A stretch of DNA of 64,000 bases from the human T2T-CHM13v2.0 reference genome, Homo sapiens: NCBI RefSeq assembly GCF_009914755.1, contig NC_060928.1. One strand, 5' to 3'. This document shows, in pieces, positions 14,539 through 28,509 of this stretch; position 1 is the first letter of the stretch; the number at the start of each line of letters is the position of its first letter. Both the position numbers and the translations under genes were made by a program. The notes under the pieces were generated by a model, which was not told the origin of the DNA, searched no databases, and saw only the letters and a program-made list of their open reading frames with translations.

Positions 14539-14860
14539 CAGGAGTTGGCAAACTATGATCCAGGGACCAAATCCCACCTGTTTTTGCATGACCCAAGAGC
14601 TAAGAATGATTTTGATATCTCTAAATACTTGAAGAAAATTCAAAAGAAGAATATTTTTTGACACGTAAAAATGATATGAAATTCAAAGTTCATTATCTAC
14701 AAATAAAGTTTTACTGGAACATAGTTATACTGGTTCCTTCACATACTGTCTATGGCTGCTCTATGTCAGAGTTGAGTCATGGGGACAGACACTGAAATGA
14801 CAGCTGAGTTTAAGATATTTACTTATCTGACGCTTTAAGGAAAAAGTATGCCGACCCCTG
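14539..14860. mobile_element. MER58B (hAT-Charlie)
   Basis: caggagttggcaaac...gtatgccgacccctg TIRs; 8-bp TSD ctctagag/gcttagag. Confidence 0.9.
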
Positions 14861-15472
14861 GCTTAGAGCCCATTCCTTCCCACTATGGCTCAACCACTTC
14901 TTATCTACTGGATCTTTCCTATAAGCATTCAAAGATGTCCAAATTTGTCCAATCCTAAAATAAAACAAAACAAAAGCTCCATTCCACAACTCGCTCAATG
15001 TCTTTCACAACCCCACCGGTCAGAATCATACATACCTCTTGAATAAATTTCTTCCCTTTCTATTCACTATTCAACCTACTACTTGCTAGTTTCCACTCAC
15101 TAAACCAAAAATCCTCTTGCTAAGGTTACAAATAATTTCTATATTTCTCATGTCAGAAATCATTTTACTTGAAGCTCTTTGCAGCATTCAACATTGGCCA
15201 TCTTTTCTTTTAGTTTCCCTGACACGACACTTATGGGATTTCTCATCTTCTTACCTCCTCCACCACCTACTCCATAGCTTATGTCAGAAATGTCACGTAT
15301 CCAATCACCAAGTCTAATGATTCTTCATCCTAAATATGTTTCAATATATCCACTTTTCCCCATGACTACTGATATCACCCTAGAACAAAAAAACATTCTT
15401 CTACCTAGATATCTCAAATCTCCTTTTCATTCCCAATCATTTATTTCTCCATGAAGCATCCAGCAGTGATTG

Positions 15473-15515
15473 TATTAGGTTGGTGCAAAAGTAATTGTGG
15501 TTTTTGCCATTAAAA
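15473..15515. mobile_element. MADE1 (Hsmar1-derived MITE), one arm only
   Basis: tattaggttggtgcaaaagtaattgtggtttttgccattaaaag equals one MADE1 TIR. Confidence 0.9.
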
Positions 15516-15734
15516 GATAAAATCTTATCACGTAGCTCTCTTTAAAATCATCCGATAGCTGTCCATTGCTGTTAGATTGAAGAGTGTTTCTTCTTACATT
15601 GATTTTAACTTTATTATAAAAAGTCAAAAATATTTAAGTAGAGAATATTATATAGAGCTCCAAACATTTACCACCTAGTCTTAATACTTATTATCATTTT
15701 ACCATATTCTTCATCTGCTTTCTGTTTGTTTAAT

Positions 15735-15870
15735 TATTTTTTATTGTGGTATAATATATATAATATAAAATTCACTATTTTAACCATCTTTAAATGTACA
15801 GTTCTGAAGCATTATGAACTGCAATGCAACCATCACCACCATCTATCTCCTAAAGACTTCATTCTTTGCA
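15735..15870 (-). mobile_element. L1MB-like 3' end fragment
   Basis: ttttttattgtggtataatatatataatataaaattcactattttaaccatctttaaatgtacagttc. Confidence 0.7.
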
Positions 15871-16684
15871 TTATTTTTACATATGTCCCTGCCTGAATGA
15901 TTCCCTGCCATGAACTGTTCTCTTGGACACCAGTGTATCCCCAGAGCCTACCATACTGATAAGAATCACATCATTATTCAGTCAATATCAGTTAAAAAGT
16001 TGAGTGAGGCCTTCGGGTCACTTCTTAAATATCACCAGCTCAGGCTGCTCAGATATTGTTGTAAAGATCAAATTAAATAATTTATGAAAATCCTTTTTGT
16101 AATCTCCAACCCCGGTGTACATCATGATATTATTATTATTGAAGAAACTAGGCATAAGCAAATGAAAATAAAGTACATTTGAAATGACCAGGAAGCACAT
16201 ATTAAATTGCCATATTGCATACTATGTATTAATGCATCCCAAAGTGAAATTCTTAAAATGCTAGCTTATGAAATAGTTAAAAAAAGAAACTTTTTACTTA
16301 GATTAATAAATTGGGGAAATGCTTCAAATAATTGTTCCCCTCCCCTTTGTAGATACGCAATTTAAACTGTTGTATGGGGCATTAAAAATAAAAATTCAAC
16401 TTTTTTAACCAAGAATTTTATCAGCTTCTTTTTGTGACCAGAGAACTTTTCTCAAAATTTTTGTTAATTACTCACATGAACTAGTTTTTATAGAATCTAG
16501 TATGGTAAAACCTGGGGTTCTACCCCCGGTTCCTTCTAGAGATACTATATTAGCAAAAGCAAGATTATTATAGATTCAAGAATGTTTCAGGTATAAGTTG
16601 GAATGTGAGCTGGGCAGTTAAGAAAATAAAAGTTAGATAAGCAAGGGAAAAGGCATTTCATAGATTGGTATTAAAATAATACTT

Positions 16685-17008
<324 letters not shown>

Positions 17009-17319
17009 TTAGAATTATTCTAATAGTTTCACAACCATGTGTTTGTAGTCTTTTGTCTCACGTGCCCTGTACAGTAGCATGAATACAGTGTTACTTAATA
17101 CAACAGTCATGCATTGAGTAATTCCTTGGAGAAAGAAAATAAATTCCTTCATAAATGTGAGTGTTTATGGAACTAAGCTACTGGGACTAAAATATATCAC
17201 TGGATATTAATGCATTCTAAGAGTAATATACTCTAAAAAGAAAAAGGTAAAATGGTATCTTTCACTGAGCACTTAATATGCCTCACAGAATAAGATAGAT
17301 TGACTGAATAAATAGCCCT

Positions 17320-17655
17320 GATTTTTTAAGCCTCACTGTAACCGAGCTTTTGCCATCTAACCTTTTAGTGTCTATGTGAATTCACGCCAAGTCATGTGAC
17401 AGTTTGCATAATGAAGTGTCAGCAGATGTGATGGAAACAGAAGTAAATAAAATATTTGCACGTTGCTGCTTGCTCCCTTTTACCTCAGCCTTTACCAGGG
17501 AGAACAAACCCAGCTAACCTGCTAGAGGATGACAGACACGTCAACCAGAGCTGGTGTCCCAGTCACCCAAGCCAAGGCCATTCTACCTAAGCCCACAGCT
17601 AATTCACCTCCAGAAATGTGAGCAAGCCTAGCCAAGATCAGCCAAGCCAAGCTCA
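17320..17655 (+). mobile_element. MLT1G-like LTR fragment
   Basis: gtcatgtgac...cagcagatgtgatg...gctaacctgctagaggatga...atgtgagcaagcctagccaagatcagc. Confidence 0.65.
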
Positions 17656-17659
17656 GAGA

Positions 17660-17893
17660 GACAATTTAGCACAAACTATCAAAAGCTTTAAAAGATGTCT
17701 TTATCTATAGTTAGAATTACACATTTAAGAATCTACCTTATTGGGAAAAATACAGTCAAAGATTTTATAGAAAAAAAATTTTTTCAGTGTTATTTATAAT
17801 TGTGAAAAAATTGTATTATCCTAAAATTTTCGAGGTAAGTTATTAATTATATTAAGTGTGGTTATTCCAACAATGCTACACCACTTTTAAAAT
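17660..17893 (+). mobile_element. Old L1M (L1ME-like) ORF2 3' fragment
   Basis: Degenerate agaatctacc...cagtgttatttataattgtgaaaaaattg motif. Confidence 0.55.
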
Positions 17894-17895
17894 GA

Positions 17896-17978
17896 AACCC
17901 ACCCTTCTGCACATGTACCCTAGAACTTAAAGTATAATAAAAAAAATAAAAATAAAAATAAATAAATAAATAAAAAGA
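17896..17978 (+). mobile_element. Very short L1PA 3' end with A-rich tail
   Basis: ttctgcacatgtaccctagaacttaaagtataataaaaaa is a primate L1PA terminus. Confidence 0.85.
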
Positions 17979-20900
17979 AAATCTCTAAGGCAGAAGGAAA
18001 ATGATACCAAATGAAAATATAAATCTACACAAATAAACGAAGAGCACAAGAAATGGTAACTATTAAATTCTGTTGGAAACTATAAAAAATTTCTTATTTA
18101 AATCTATTTACAAGACAACTATGTGTTTAATGCAAAGACCATAGCACAATATTTTAAGGTATATAAAATATATGCAAGTAAAATACATGCTAACAATAGC
18201 ACAAGGCCTGGAGTTGAGAAGATAAAGGGAAATATTTTCTTGTAAGGTTCTTATACAATATGTGAAGTGACATATTTGAAGAGAGAGTATGATACATTAA
18301 GATGAATACTATAAACGCTAAACAGAAGCATGAAAATAACACAAAAAATTGTTATAGCTAGAAAACCAAAGCAGACAAAATGGAATCACAAATCTAGTCA
18401 ATTTATTCAAAAGTAATCAGGAACAAAAGGAAAAGGGAAAAACAGATGAGACAAATAGAAAACAAATAGCAAATTAGTAGGTGTTAACATGACTTTATCA
18501 ATAATTACATCAAATGTAGATGATGTTAACCATGGATTGACAAACTTTTTCTTTATAGGACCAGACAGTCAATATTTTAGGCTTTGAGGCCATATGGTAT
18601 CTGTCATAACCACTCAACTGAGCCATTGGAGAGTGAAACCAGCTGTAAACATTACATTAAAAAATGAGCATGATGACCATGACTGTGTTTCAATCAAATT
18701 TTATTTACAAAAATATGTGGTAAGCTGTTAAGCTGTTGTTTGCTGACCTCTGATCTAAACATATTCATTGAGAGGCAGAGCCAGTCAGATTAGACATAAA
18801 GCAAGGCCCAATTGGATGTTGTCTACAAGACTCCACCTTGTACATAAAGACAACAATAGGTTAAAAGTTAAAAAGTGGGAAGTATATAATACATTAACAC
18901 TAGTCAAAAGAAAGCTAGGCAGGCTCTATTAATACCTGAAAGAATAGATTTTAGGATAAAGAATGTGACCAGGTGTAAAGAAAGTCATTTCATAACGATA
19001 AAGGGGTCAACCCAGGTGACATAACAATCCTAAACATCTAGGCACAAAATAAACAAACTTCCAAATATATGAGGCAAAAATACCATTTATACCATTACAA
19101 TCAGATTTTTCAATATCTTCACTGAAAAGTAGAACAATTAGAAAAATGACTAAAGATCCACCAACTAGTCCTTAATGCCATTTATAATGCACTCCATTTA
19201 ACAATAGCAGGATACACTTCCAAGTGCACACAGAACATTTACCAATTTAGATCATAATTTAGACCATCAATTAAGTCTTGGTAAGTTTCAAATGATTCAA
19301 TTCACACAAGGTATGTTCTTTTATCACAATGGAATTAAATTAGAGATCAATAACAAAAAGATATCTGGAAAATCTCCCCCCAATATTTGGAAACTAAATA
19401 TTACACTTCTAAATAGCATAGTGACTCAAAGAGGCAATTATGAGGAAAATTAGAAAGTATTTTGAACTGAATAAAAATATAAATGTCAAATATCCAAATT
19501 TGGGGATGCTGCTAATGCAGTATTCAGGGCACTGGACACTTGAATTAGGGGGAAAAAAGAAATCTCTCAAATCAGTGACCTCAGCTTAGAAACTAGAAAA
19601 ATGAGCAAATTAAACCTAAAGTAAGCAGAAGACAGAAAATAAAGATTAGATCATAAATCAGTGAAATTTTAAAAATAGAGAAATGAATAAAAAAATAGTT
19701 CTACCGTCATTATAATCATTAAAAGTAATAAAACACTAACCAGACTGGCAAAGATAAAAAGAAATAATACAGAAATTACCAATTTCATGAATGAAAGAAG
19801 TAACATCAATACAGATTCTATGTATATTAAAAAGACAGTAATAGAATATTATGGGGAACTTTAAGCCAATAAATTGTACAATATAGATGAAATGGACATA
19901 TTTCGTGAAAGACAAAAATGACAAAAGTGTAATAAAAAATAATTGCATAGCCTGATTAGTCATATATCTATTAAAGATATTCAATTTGCATTTAAAATAC
20001 TTGTTACAAAGAAAACTCCAGGCCCAGATGCCCTCACTGGGCATCTACCAAACATTTAGGTAAGAAATAATATAAATTATACACAGATGTTTCCAAAAAT
20101 TTCAAGAGGAAAGAATATTTCCCAACTCATTCTGAGGTCCCCATTATTCTGATACCAAAGTAGATAAAGACATTACAAGAAAACCACAGACCAACGTCCC
20201 TACAAACGTGGATGAAAAAAAAATGTTAACAAAGTTTAGCAAACTGAATCCAGTAATATATAAAGAGGATAATACATCATGACCACATGAGGTTTGTCCC
20301 AGTAATACTAAATTCATTTAACATTCAAAGCCCAATCAATGTAACTCACAGAGACAAAACAACCACCCTTTATGATTGCCTTAATAGATGGAGAAAAAGC
20401 ATTTCACAAAATCCACCATCTGCTCCTGATAAAAGCTCTCAGAAAACTAGAAATAGTAGAGTACTATATCAACCTGATAAAGGGCACTTATAATAAAACC
20501 TACAGCTGATACCATACTTAATGGTGAAAAACTGAATACTGTCCTACGATCAGGAGCAAAACCAAATATTCACTTTCATGACTTCCATTCAACACTATAC
20601 TGAAGGCTCTATCCATTACCATAAGGTAAGAAAAGTAAAATATAAATGCCAACCAGATTGGAAAAGACAAAGTAAAGGTTTATTTGTGCATGATGTAATT
20701 GTCTATGTAGAAAACACAATAAGATCTATAAAAAGCTATTAAAACTAAGAAGTAATTTTTAATAAGGCTGTAAATTATCAGATCAATATGTACAAACTTT
20801 ATTTTTAATATCAGTAATGAAAAATCAGAAATCAAAATCAACAAAATATACCATTTAAAATAGCATTAAAAATAATGAAACGCTTACAGATAAACCTGAC

Positions 20901-21385
20901 AAAAGAGACGTAAGACCTACACACTGAAATTATACATATAGCTGAGAGAAATTAAAGAATTCCTAACTATATTGAGAACTATATCATGTTCATAGATCAG
21001 CCAGCACAGTATTAAGATGTCAATTCTTCCTAAAATGATCTATTGATTCAACACAATTACAATCAAAATTTCAATAGGCACCCTTATTTTAATTGACAGG
21101 CTGATTCTAAATTTATACAAAAATGCATGAGACTTAGAATATATAAAACAACTTTGAAAAACAAAAACAAATTTGAAAGAATTATGCTATACAATTTCAA
21201 GACATAATATAAAGATACAGTAATCAAGGCATTAGTGAAAGTAGAGGCATGCAGGCCAATGGCACAGAATAAAGAACCCAGAAATAGACTCATACATATA
21301 TAGCCAACTCAACTTTGACAAAACTGCAAAGGCAATTAACATACTCTTTTCAGCAAATAGTGCTGAGATTTATTGGTTACACTTG
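17979..21385 (+). mobile_element. Ancient L1M (L1MC/MD-like): ORF1 end, spacer and degenerate ORF2
   Basis: A-rich L1 ORF2 remnants (endonuclease region about 18.5-19.4 kb; RT region about 20.0-20.8 kb) with many stops and deletions. Confidence 0.85.
18531..18752. mobile_element. MER58A (hAT-Charlie) inside L1M
   Basis: catggattgacaaac...gtttgctgacctctg TIRs; TSD atgttaac/atctaaac. Confidence 0.88.
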
Positions 21386-21519
21386 TCTCTGGTAATTGTA
21401 TTATATTTTGCCAATAAAAGTACAGTGCTTCAGCAGAGGAAAAGGCCTTAATGAAACTTGGCAAATAAATACTGTTTAGCTGACTTCACGTTACCACATC
21501 CGTTTCTCTATATCCGAAC

Positions 21520-22120
21520 ATAAAGCCCAAGGTCCTGTCTAATTATGCAGACATGAAAGAGAATAGGTTATATATAATATATGTTGTATATTATATACCA
21601 TATGTTATATATTCCAAAGGATTTTATCTTACATAATTGTGGGAACTTTTAAGCACTATTTTTATCTCTCTAAAGTTGTTGTTGTTATGTCTGCTCTGGG
21701 GCTTGAAGTTCACAGGACAGGCAATCAGAAAGGAAATAACATGGAGGAGAACAAAGATCAGTTAAATTCATGAGCACAGCTGGAACCCAAGTTAGTTCTT
21801 ACTGCCTCTGACATTGTTGACCTGATGCTCTTCCTCATAGAGCTGAATGCACACCTGGCCCAAGAGCTGGAGAAGCTAAAGGCGGGACCAGGGAAAGGTG
21901 GAGCGGTTGCAGACTCAGCTGCTGGCCCACATCAACAAGGTGAGCCAGCAGGTAAGCAACATCGTGGGAGAGTTACAGAATGGCTACCGCTTCATTTCCA
22001 CCTCCCAAGTCTTCCACAAGAATGTCTCTCTTGGCTACGCTAACTGAAAACATTCACAGAAGGGAATTATGGGAAATGTAGCTCAACCTAGCCAAGCTTA
22101 CACATTAGGAGGCCACCACA
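21520..22120 (-). mobile_element. ERVL solo LTR, LTR41-like
   Basis: Minus strand begins tgtggtggcctcctaatgtgtaagcttggctaggttgagctacatttcccataattccc. Confidence 0.75.
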
Positions 22121-22744
22121 GGTACCACAGCCAACAAATTAAGGACCCATGGCATACGATATCGCTCTCTAAGAGACTCACAGCACATTAATATATCAAA
22201 GACTCAGCAAAGTCCTTGCATTTAAAAATAAATTAACTGTTCCACCTGGATATAGGATTTCCCACACTTATTAGAATCACTGATTTAGATTAGCATGATG
22301 AATTTACTGTGGAAACTTAATGATTGCTTATTGGTGTGATGTCTTGTTTTTTGGCATATTTCTCTGAGTAAATCCTAGAGAAACTCTATAATGAGATGCT
22401 GTGTTTCTTTAAAGTGTCAGTGTAAGTGCTGGGTACCAAGTAAAAAAGAGTTTCTTCGATTTACGAATCAGTATATCCAAACACTCAATTTCAAGGAAAG
22501 ATATACTGCAGTTATGGAATAGTTTGGAGAAATTTAGACTTCTTAAATCATCCTTAAGTAACCTGTTTTAAATGCTGTGACTCTATTTTATTGTCATTAA
22601 AGGCTTAATAAATAAAGTTCATTTTATTTCCTATTTGAAAGTGACTGTAGTAAAACTTCCTTCAGAAGCAATGGACACACACACATCTTGCAATTTAGTT
22701 ATTGTAGTCAACATTTTAAAACTAGATTACAAAACAGCTACCAC

Positions 22745-22980
22745 TGAAGGCAGCATAGTAACAGTTAAGAGCGTGGACTCTGGAACCAGGCTGCCTGAAC
22801 TTGAAACAGATCTACCACTTATTGATGACATTAAGTCACATCACTGTTCTGAGCCTCATTTTTTTTCATATGTAAAATGGGGAGAGTAATATTTTCCTCT
22901 TCACAAGTTATTATGAATAGTGAAGATTTTAAGAATTGAAAAGTGTTTTAAACAGTGCTTGGCACACTGTGAGTGCTGTG
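22745..22980 (+). mobile_element. MIR, near full length
   Basis: gttaagagcgtggactctggaaccaggctgcctg...gagcctcatttt...tgtaaaatgggg...acagtgcttggcacac. Confidence 0.88.
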
Positions 22981-23004
22981 CGTGTGTGTGCATGTGTCTG
23001 ACAA

Positions 23005-23215
23005 GCTCCCAGTCTGTGACATGTGCCACGTACTCACTGACTCATTTAATCCTCACAATTCCTTCAGGGCCCATACTATTATCCCAATTTTATAGATGAG
23101 GAAACTAAGTCAAATAGAGGTGAAGAATCCTCTCTCAGGTTACAGGGGCTGAGGTAGTGCCAGGACAAAACTCTAGATGGCTCTGACTCTGAGACATGGT
23201 CTCATTCCACAAGGC
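23005..23215 (-). mobile_element. MIR
   Basis: ctcatttaatcctcacaa...tattatcccaattttatagatgaggaaactaag. Confidence 0.85.
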
Positions 23216-23759
23216 CATGGTGGCTCCCAAGCAGCTTTAAATCTCTCTGAGACTCCTTCCTAAAAGTCTCAAAAGATGAGATCAAATTGAATAGGTCCAG
23301 AAATGGAATTAGTTCCTCTCCCAAGGGGTGCTAAAGTTGTTGCTGTCACTCATTCTTGACCTAGACTAGATACGAACGTGGAACTTAGAATGAAAGGCTC
23401 CATCGGTTGATTTTGCCCTGAGTTTACACAGTCCCTAGAAAGTTCTTTAAATACCTTCAATCAAGGGCTTAGAAAAATTTTTAAAAATAACCTTGCACAT
23501 ACAATTAGAAACTGGCATGTGGGGAATTAAATATGAAAAATGAAATCGTTTATAATTATCAGGGACTACTTGAAGGGAGGTGCTTTGAAGAAAATACCTT
23601 GGACTCTCAAAACCCACACAAAGGGGGCTGACGTGACTTGTTAGTGGCAGAACTCATGTGAGCCCAAGGGCAAAGATCCTGAACCAAGGGGCTCTCTGTA
23701 TTCAGAAGGTCAGAGGTAGAGACGAGGCTGGAAGGGTCTGGGGCAGGTATGAGTGTGTT

Positions 23760-24260
23760 AATATGATTATAATGACTATTACAGAAATGTAAGGCAAGAA
23801 AATATTTTTAAAGTAAGAATGAAATAATCCGTTTGACATCATGTATCTGTGTGAATATGCATGCATGACAGAATTAGAATTTAAAAATAAACTTAGATCT
23901 ATATTAACTGGTACAGATGCCATGCTGCATTAAGAGGAAAGAAGAAAAATCATATTGCAAAGCATGACTCTATTTAGCTAACAGTACACACAAAAAACCC
24001 CCTATGAGTGTCTAGATGTTTCTCTGTGTGTGTGTGTGTGTGTATGAGTGTGAGTATGTGTGTATACGCATCTTTGCATGAGCAAGGAGGTAGGTAAGAA
24101 AGCATATACAGCAAGTGTTTATCATTGGTTAGCTGAGAGATACAGTAGTGAGGGTGGGTAGAAAATGGTTGGATTGGCTTTTACACAATTTTTGTCAAAC
24201 ATTATTCCTTCTTAAAATAACATTTTATTGGAGTTATAATTTGAAACCATTCTATAAGAT
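23760..24260 (+). mobile_element. Old L1M 3' region with an embedded (TG)n tract at about 24023-24062
   Basis: Degenerate L1ME/MC-type 3' UTR; TG dinucleotide run. Confidence 0.5.
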
Positions 24261-24974
24261 AACATTAAATATTAAAGTCATAATAAGATTGAAAAATGTG
24301 AATGCCTGTGTTGGGATATGGATAGTAAGGGCTAGCAGTGTGGCACACATTCAGCAAGCAGACAAGCAAGAATTTGAACCTTTGTCTACATAAAGCTAAA
24401 ATTATGCTTCTTTCACTACATCATGCACCTTGAGGAATTCTAGACATACAGCTCTGTAGTTAGTTCATCTTGTTCCCTGGCAGCACATTGCTGCCCAAAC
24501 AGCAAGCCAAATGATAAGGTATCTCAGAATTTATGCCAGACAAGATAGTTATTTTCAATATTCCATTTGAAGAAGCTGTGGATTTTATGAAACAAATAAC
24601 TAGTCACGGGGCAGATATGCTGCTTCAGACCATGTAGAAAGCTTTGTAATCTCGACAATGTGCTACAGATAAAAAGCAAAGGAGGAAGATATGAATGTCA
24701 TTCAAAAGCCAATGAGTCTGGGGGCTGAGTCAAGTTTATTTGCTCTAAGTGAGATTTTTATTTCTAACCAGGGGTTTGAGAAAGGAGCCTGACTTTAATT
24801 ACAGCCCCTTGGTACACTCTTTCCTGTTTCTCACTGAAGGATGGTATTCCCTCCAACCACCACCAGGGTTTTTTCCTCAGTCTACATGGTGGATGTCAAT
24901 CACAGTTCCTGATCCATACCCATGTGACCTCTGAGAATGGAAACCTGCCACTGGCCTGCTCCTGCTAGGTGCTC

Positions 24975-25423
24975 TGTAAAAGACTGAATGCAATCTTTTA
25001 AACAAAAATAAAAAGAGAAGCCACACTTTAGATATACCCCAAAGCCAGCCACTTATACCAACATAGTCAAAATTTAAGTCATCCTGATTTCCCTGAAACA
25101 CTAGCTCTAATTACAAATGAAACAAAAAATGTAGGCTTTACAACCCTGTTAGCATGATTCAGCAAAATTAAACCAACCAGTCATACATAAATCAGCTTAA
25201 AAACTCTACTTGTCTTCAAAAGAATATTAATGCATAACAGACAATCATGAAAAAGGTCAAAATATTTTCTCTTTTATGCTTTATAAGCTGTGCTGTAATT
25301 GCTGTGAAGTGAGTTTCTTTCCATTTTCTGTTCAAAGTCTTCTGGTTTATAAACTGTTGTTTTGTATGCACAATGAACTTAAAATGTTAAATTTTCTAAT
25401 TTGATCTGATTTTATTTTTGACA
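24975..25423 (+). mobile_element. ERV1-class solo LTR (LTR37-like)
   Basis: tgtaaaa...ttttgaca inverted ends, TATA-like tttataag, 4-bp TSD gctc/gatc. Confidence 0.7.
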
Positions 25424-26363
25424 GATCCTTCCACCCCACTTGCTGATACAGCTTCAACAAAGAAGGGTGTTCACCAACTGACTACAAGAATCATTGCTAA
25501 CCAGGGATGACTCATTCTCACATCCATCCTAAATAGACTTCCTTGGATACAAAAAATCCAGAGTTTGCCGTATCTCCATGGACACTGTCATTTAGACAGG
25601 ACACTTACTTCTTGGGAAACTCACTTCCATTTTCCTAATAAGGTTCCCTTTGAAGACTAAGAATTTCTCCAAGACAAAATTCATGTAAGCCAAAATACCA
25701 GACATCAGGCCTGTAATTGTGGTCACCCTGGCCACAGCCAAGTTGTCACCTTCACTCACGATCATCTTTCTGCCCTCTGCTACTTGTAGAATAATGATCA
25801 TAAAGTATTGTTGTCTGAAGCCCCTTTAGAAAAGTTGATTTACAGCAGCCCATGAGAGAGGTAGATTAGAGATGACCAATGTCCTGAGAACACCAAGAAG
25901 CACTCATCTTTGATTCTCAGGGCTTGACATTTCAGAAACAAATCCAGACACATTATAATAATGACCCTGGTCCATTGTGAGCCCATTAGAAAACACTCAC
26001 AAATAAGTATTCAAAATTTTCCAGTTATTTTGACTCCTAAAAATGTCTTCCAAGATATATCAAAGTTTCCGTAATTTTGCAATCAACTTGGTTTTTATTT
26101 AAACCAAGTAGCAACTCTCTCTGTAGCAACCCTGACTTTTCTTGTTATTAAATCACTCTATAATTAAATATAAAGTTATTGGTGACATTCACAGAAAATC
26201 CTAGAGAGTATGGAGTTCTTGCTACAGAAGATATACTTTATTGAAATGTAAAAGAAGTCAGTTAAATTTATAATTTCAACTTGCCCAAACATTTAGCTCA
26301 AAAGTAGTGATCTTAGTTTTGACATTTCTTGCATTGGACTCAAGGCTTCTAATAGATTACAAG

Positions 26364-26700
26364 TTCCTTTTATTGATTCAACACATTATTATTGAGTAAC
26401 CTTTGTTCTAGACACTGGCAAAGTTAAAATAATAGCAACATAAACAAAAGGTCTTTTCTTACTGTTTAATAGGAGAAACATATTAGATAAATGATTTTAA
26501 TGCACTGATATAAAAGCTATAGTTATCCAACTTCCTTTTATTGATTCAACACGTTATTATTGAGTAACCTTTGTTCCAGATACTGACAAAGTTAAAATAA
26601 TGGCAACATAAACGAAAGGTCTTTTCTTACTGTTTAATAGGAGAAACATATATTAGGTAAATGATTTCAATGCACTGGTATAAGAGCTATAGTTATTCAC
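26364..26700. repeat. Tandem duplication, 2 copies with a 168-bp period, of L2-like sequence
   Basis: Copies start at 26364 and 26532 (ttccttttattgattcaacac); 11 substitutions and a 2-bp indel. Confidence 0.95.
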
Positions 26701-26721
26701 TGAACAACTGGGACGACTTGA

Positions 26722-27070
<349 letters not shown>

Positions 27071-27367
27071 TGTTTTTCTGGTTTTTTTAGACCTAGTCTT
27101 GCTCTGTCGCCCAGGCTGGAGTGCAGTGGCATGATCTCGGCTCACTGGCAGCCTCCGCCTCCCGGCTTCAAGCAATTCTCCTACCTCAGCCTCCGGAGTA
27201 GCTGGGAGTACAGGCTTGTGCCACCACGCCAGACTAATTTTTGTATTTGGTAGAGATGGGGTTTCGCCATGTTGGCCAGGCTGGTCTTGAACTCCTGACC
27301 TCAGGTGATCCACTCGCCTCGGCCTCCCAAAGTGCTGAGATTACAGGCATGAGCCATCGGGCCCGGC
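27071..27367 (-). mobile_element. AluSz/Sx; the AluY sits in its tail
   Basis: tttcgccatgttggccaggctggtcttgaactcctgacctcaggtgatcc; the Alu pair splits a MIR. Confidence 0.93.
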
Positions 27368-27521
27368 AACAGTTTTCTTTACTGTAAAATTGAAAAGCAG
27401 TACAGGGGCTAACAGTGCTGACAGCCATTGAGACTTGGTTCAAGGCCTCCCTCTGCGCACACTGGCTGTGTCACATGGGGCAAGTCACTTAACAGTTTCT
27501 TGATTTGCAAAACTAGGATAT

Positions 27522-27885
27522 TGCTATGATCTGGATGTTTGTGTTTCCCCAAAATTTGTACATTGAAATTCAAAGTCCCAAGGGGATGATATTAGGAGAT
27601 GGGGCCTTTGGGAGGAGATTAGGCTATGAGAGTGAACGCTCATTAATGGGATTAGTGCCATTATAAAAGAGACCCCAGACAGCTCATTCACCCCTTGTCT
27701 ATGTAAAGACACAGCAAACATAGGGCTGTCTCTGAACCAGGAAGCAGACTCTTACCAGAACTAAATCTGCTGCCACCTTGATCTTGAACTTCTCAGCCTC
27801 CAAAACTGTGAGAAGTAAATTTCTGTTGTTTATAAGCCACCCAGTTTATGGTATTTTGTCATAGCAGCCTGAATACACTAAGATA
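27522..27885 (+). mobile_element. MLT1A0-like solo LTR
   Basis: tgctatgatctggatgtttgtg...ttgtttataagccacccagtttatggtattttgtcatagcagcctgaatacactaaga. Confidence 0.9.
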
Positions 27886-28159
27886 TTAACAAAATAATAG
27901 TTTTGGACTAAATATTTTTATTTCCATTTTCTAAATGTCATTTTGGAGCAAGAAATTTGAGAAAAAGATCAAAAATAAGTTTTCATACATGTATATAATA
28001 GTTCAGGCAATTCAAAGGATGCCTTCAGGACACCAACTCGTTGTTTTACTATAGGCTTTGAAATGATGAAACCAAGAGGAGCGGTTTCACTCACACTTTA
28101 CCAGGAGGCTTTTCTGATTCCTGCAGCCTGCATTGATCTCTCACATCTCTGGACTCCTA

Positions 28160-28452
<293 letters not shown>

Positions 28453-28509
28453 ACATCTCTGGACTCCTACCAACAACACAGTCAGTGCAACATATTTTAA
28501 ATTTGTGAT

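Larger units (their letters stand above)
12420..16000 (+). mobile_element. Long L2 relic interrupted by MIR, L1PA16, MER58B, MADE1 and L1M pieces
   Basis: Pyrimidine-rich L2 ORF2 remnants at about 12.4-12.7, 14.4-14.5 and 14.9-15.6 kb; L2 3' end near 15.9-16.0 kb. Confidence 0.65.

Noticed and set aside
15473-15515. miR-548 family precursor
   Set aside because: The second MADE1 arm is missing, so there is no hairpin
22745-23215. Tail-to-tail MIR pair as a dsRNA hairpin
   Set aside because: The copies are too diverged for a stable long duplex, and the arrangement is common
25424-25830. Processed pseudogene around the LTR at 25 kb
   Set aside because: No recognisable protein, poly(A) tail or TSD; may be an unrecognised ancient repeat
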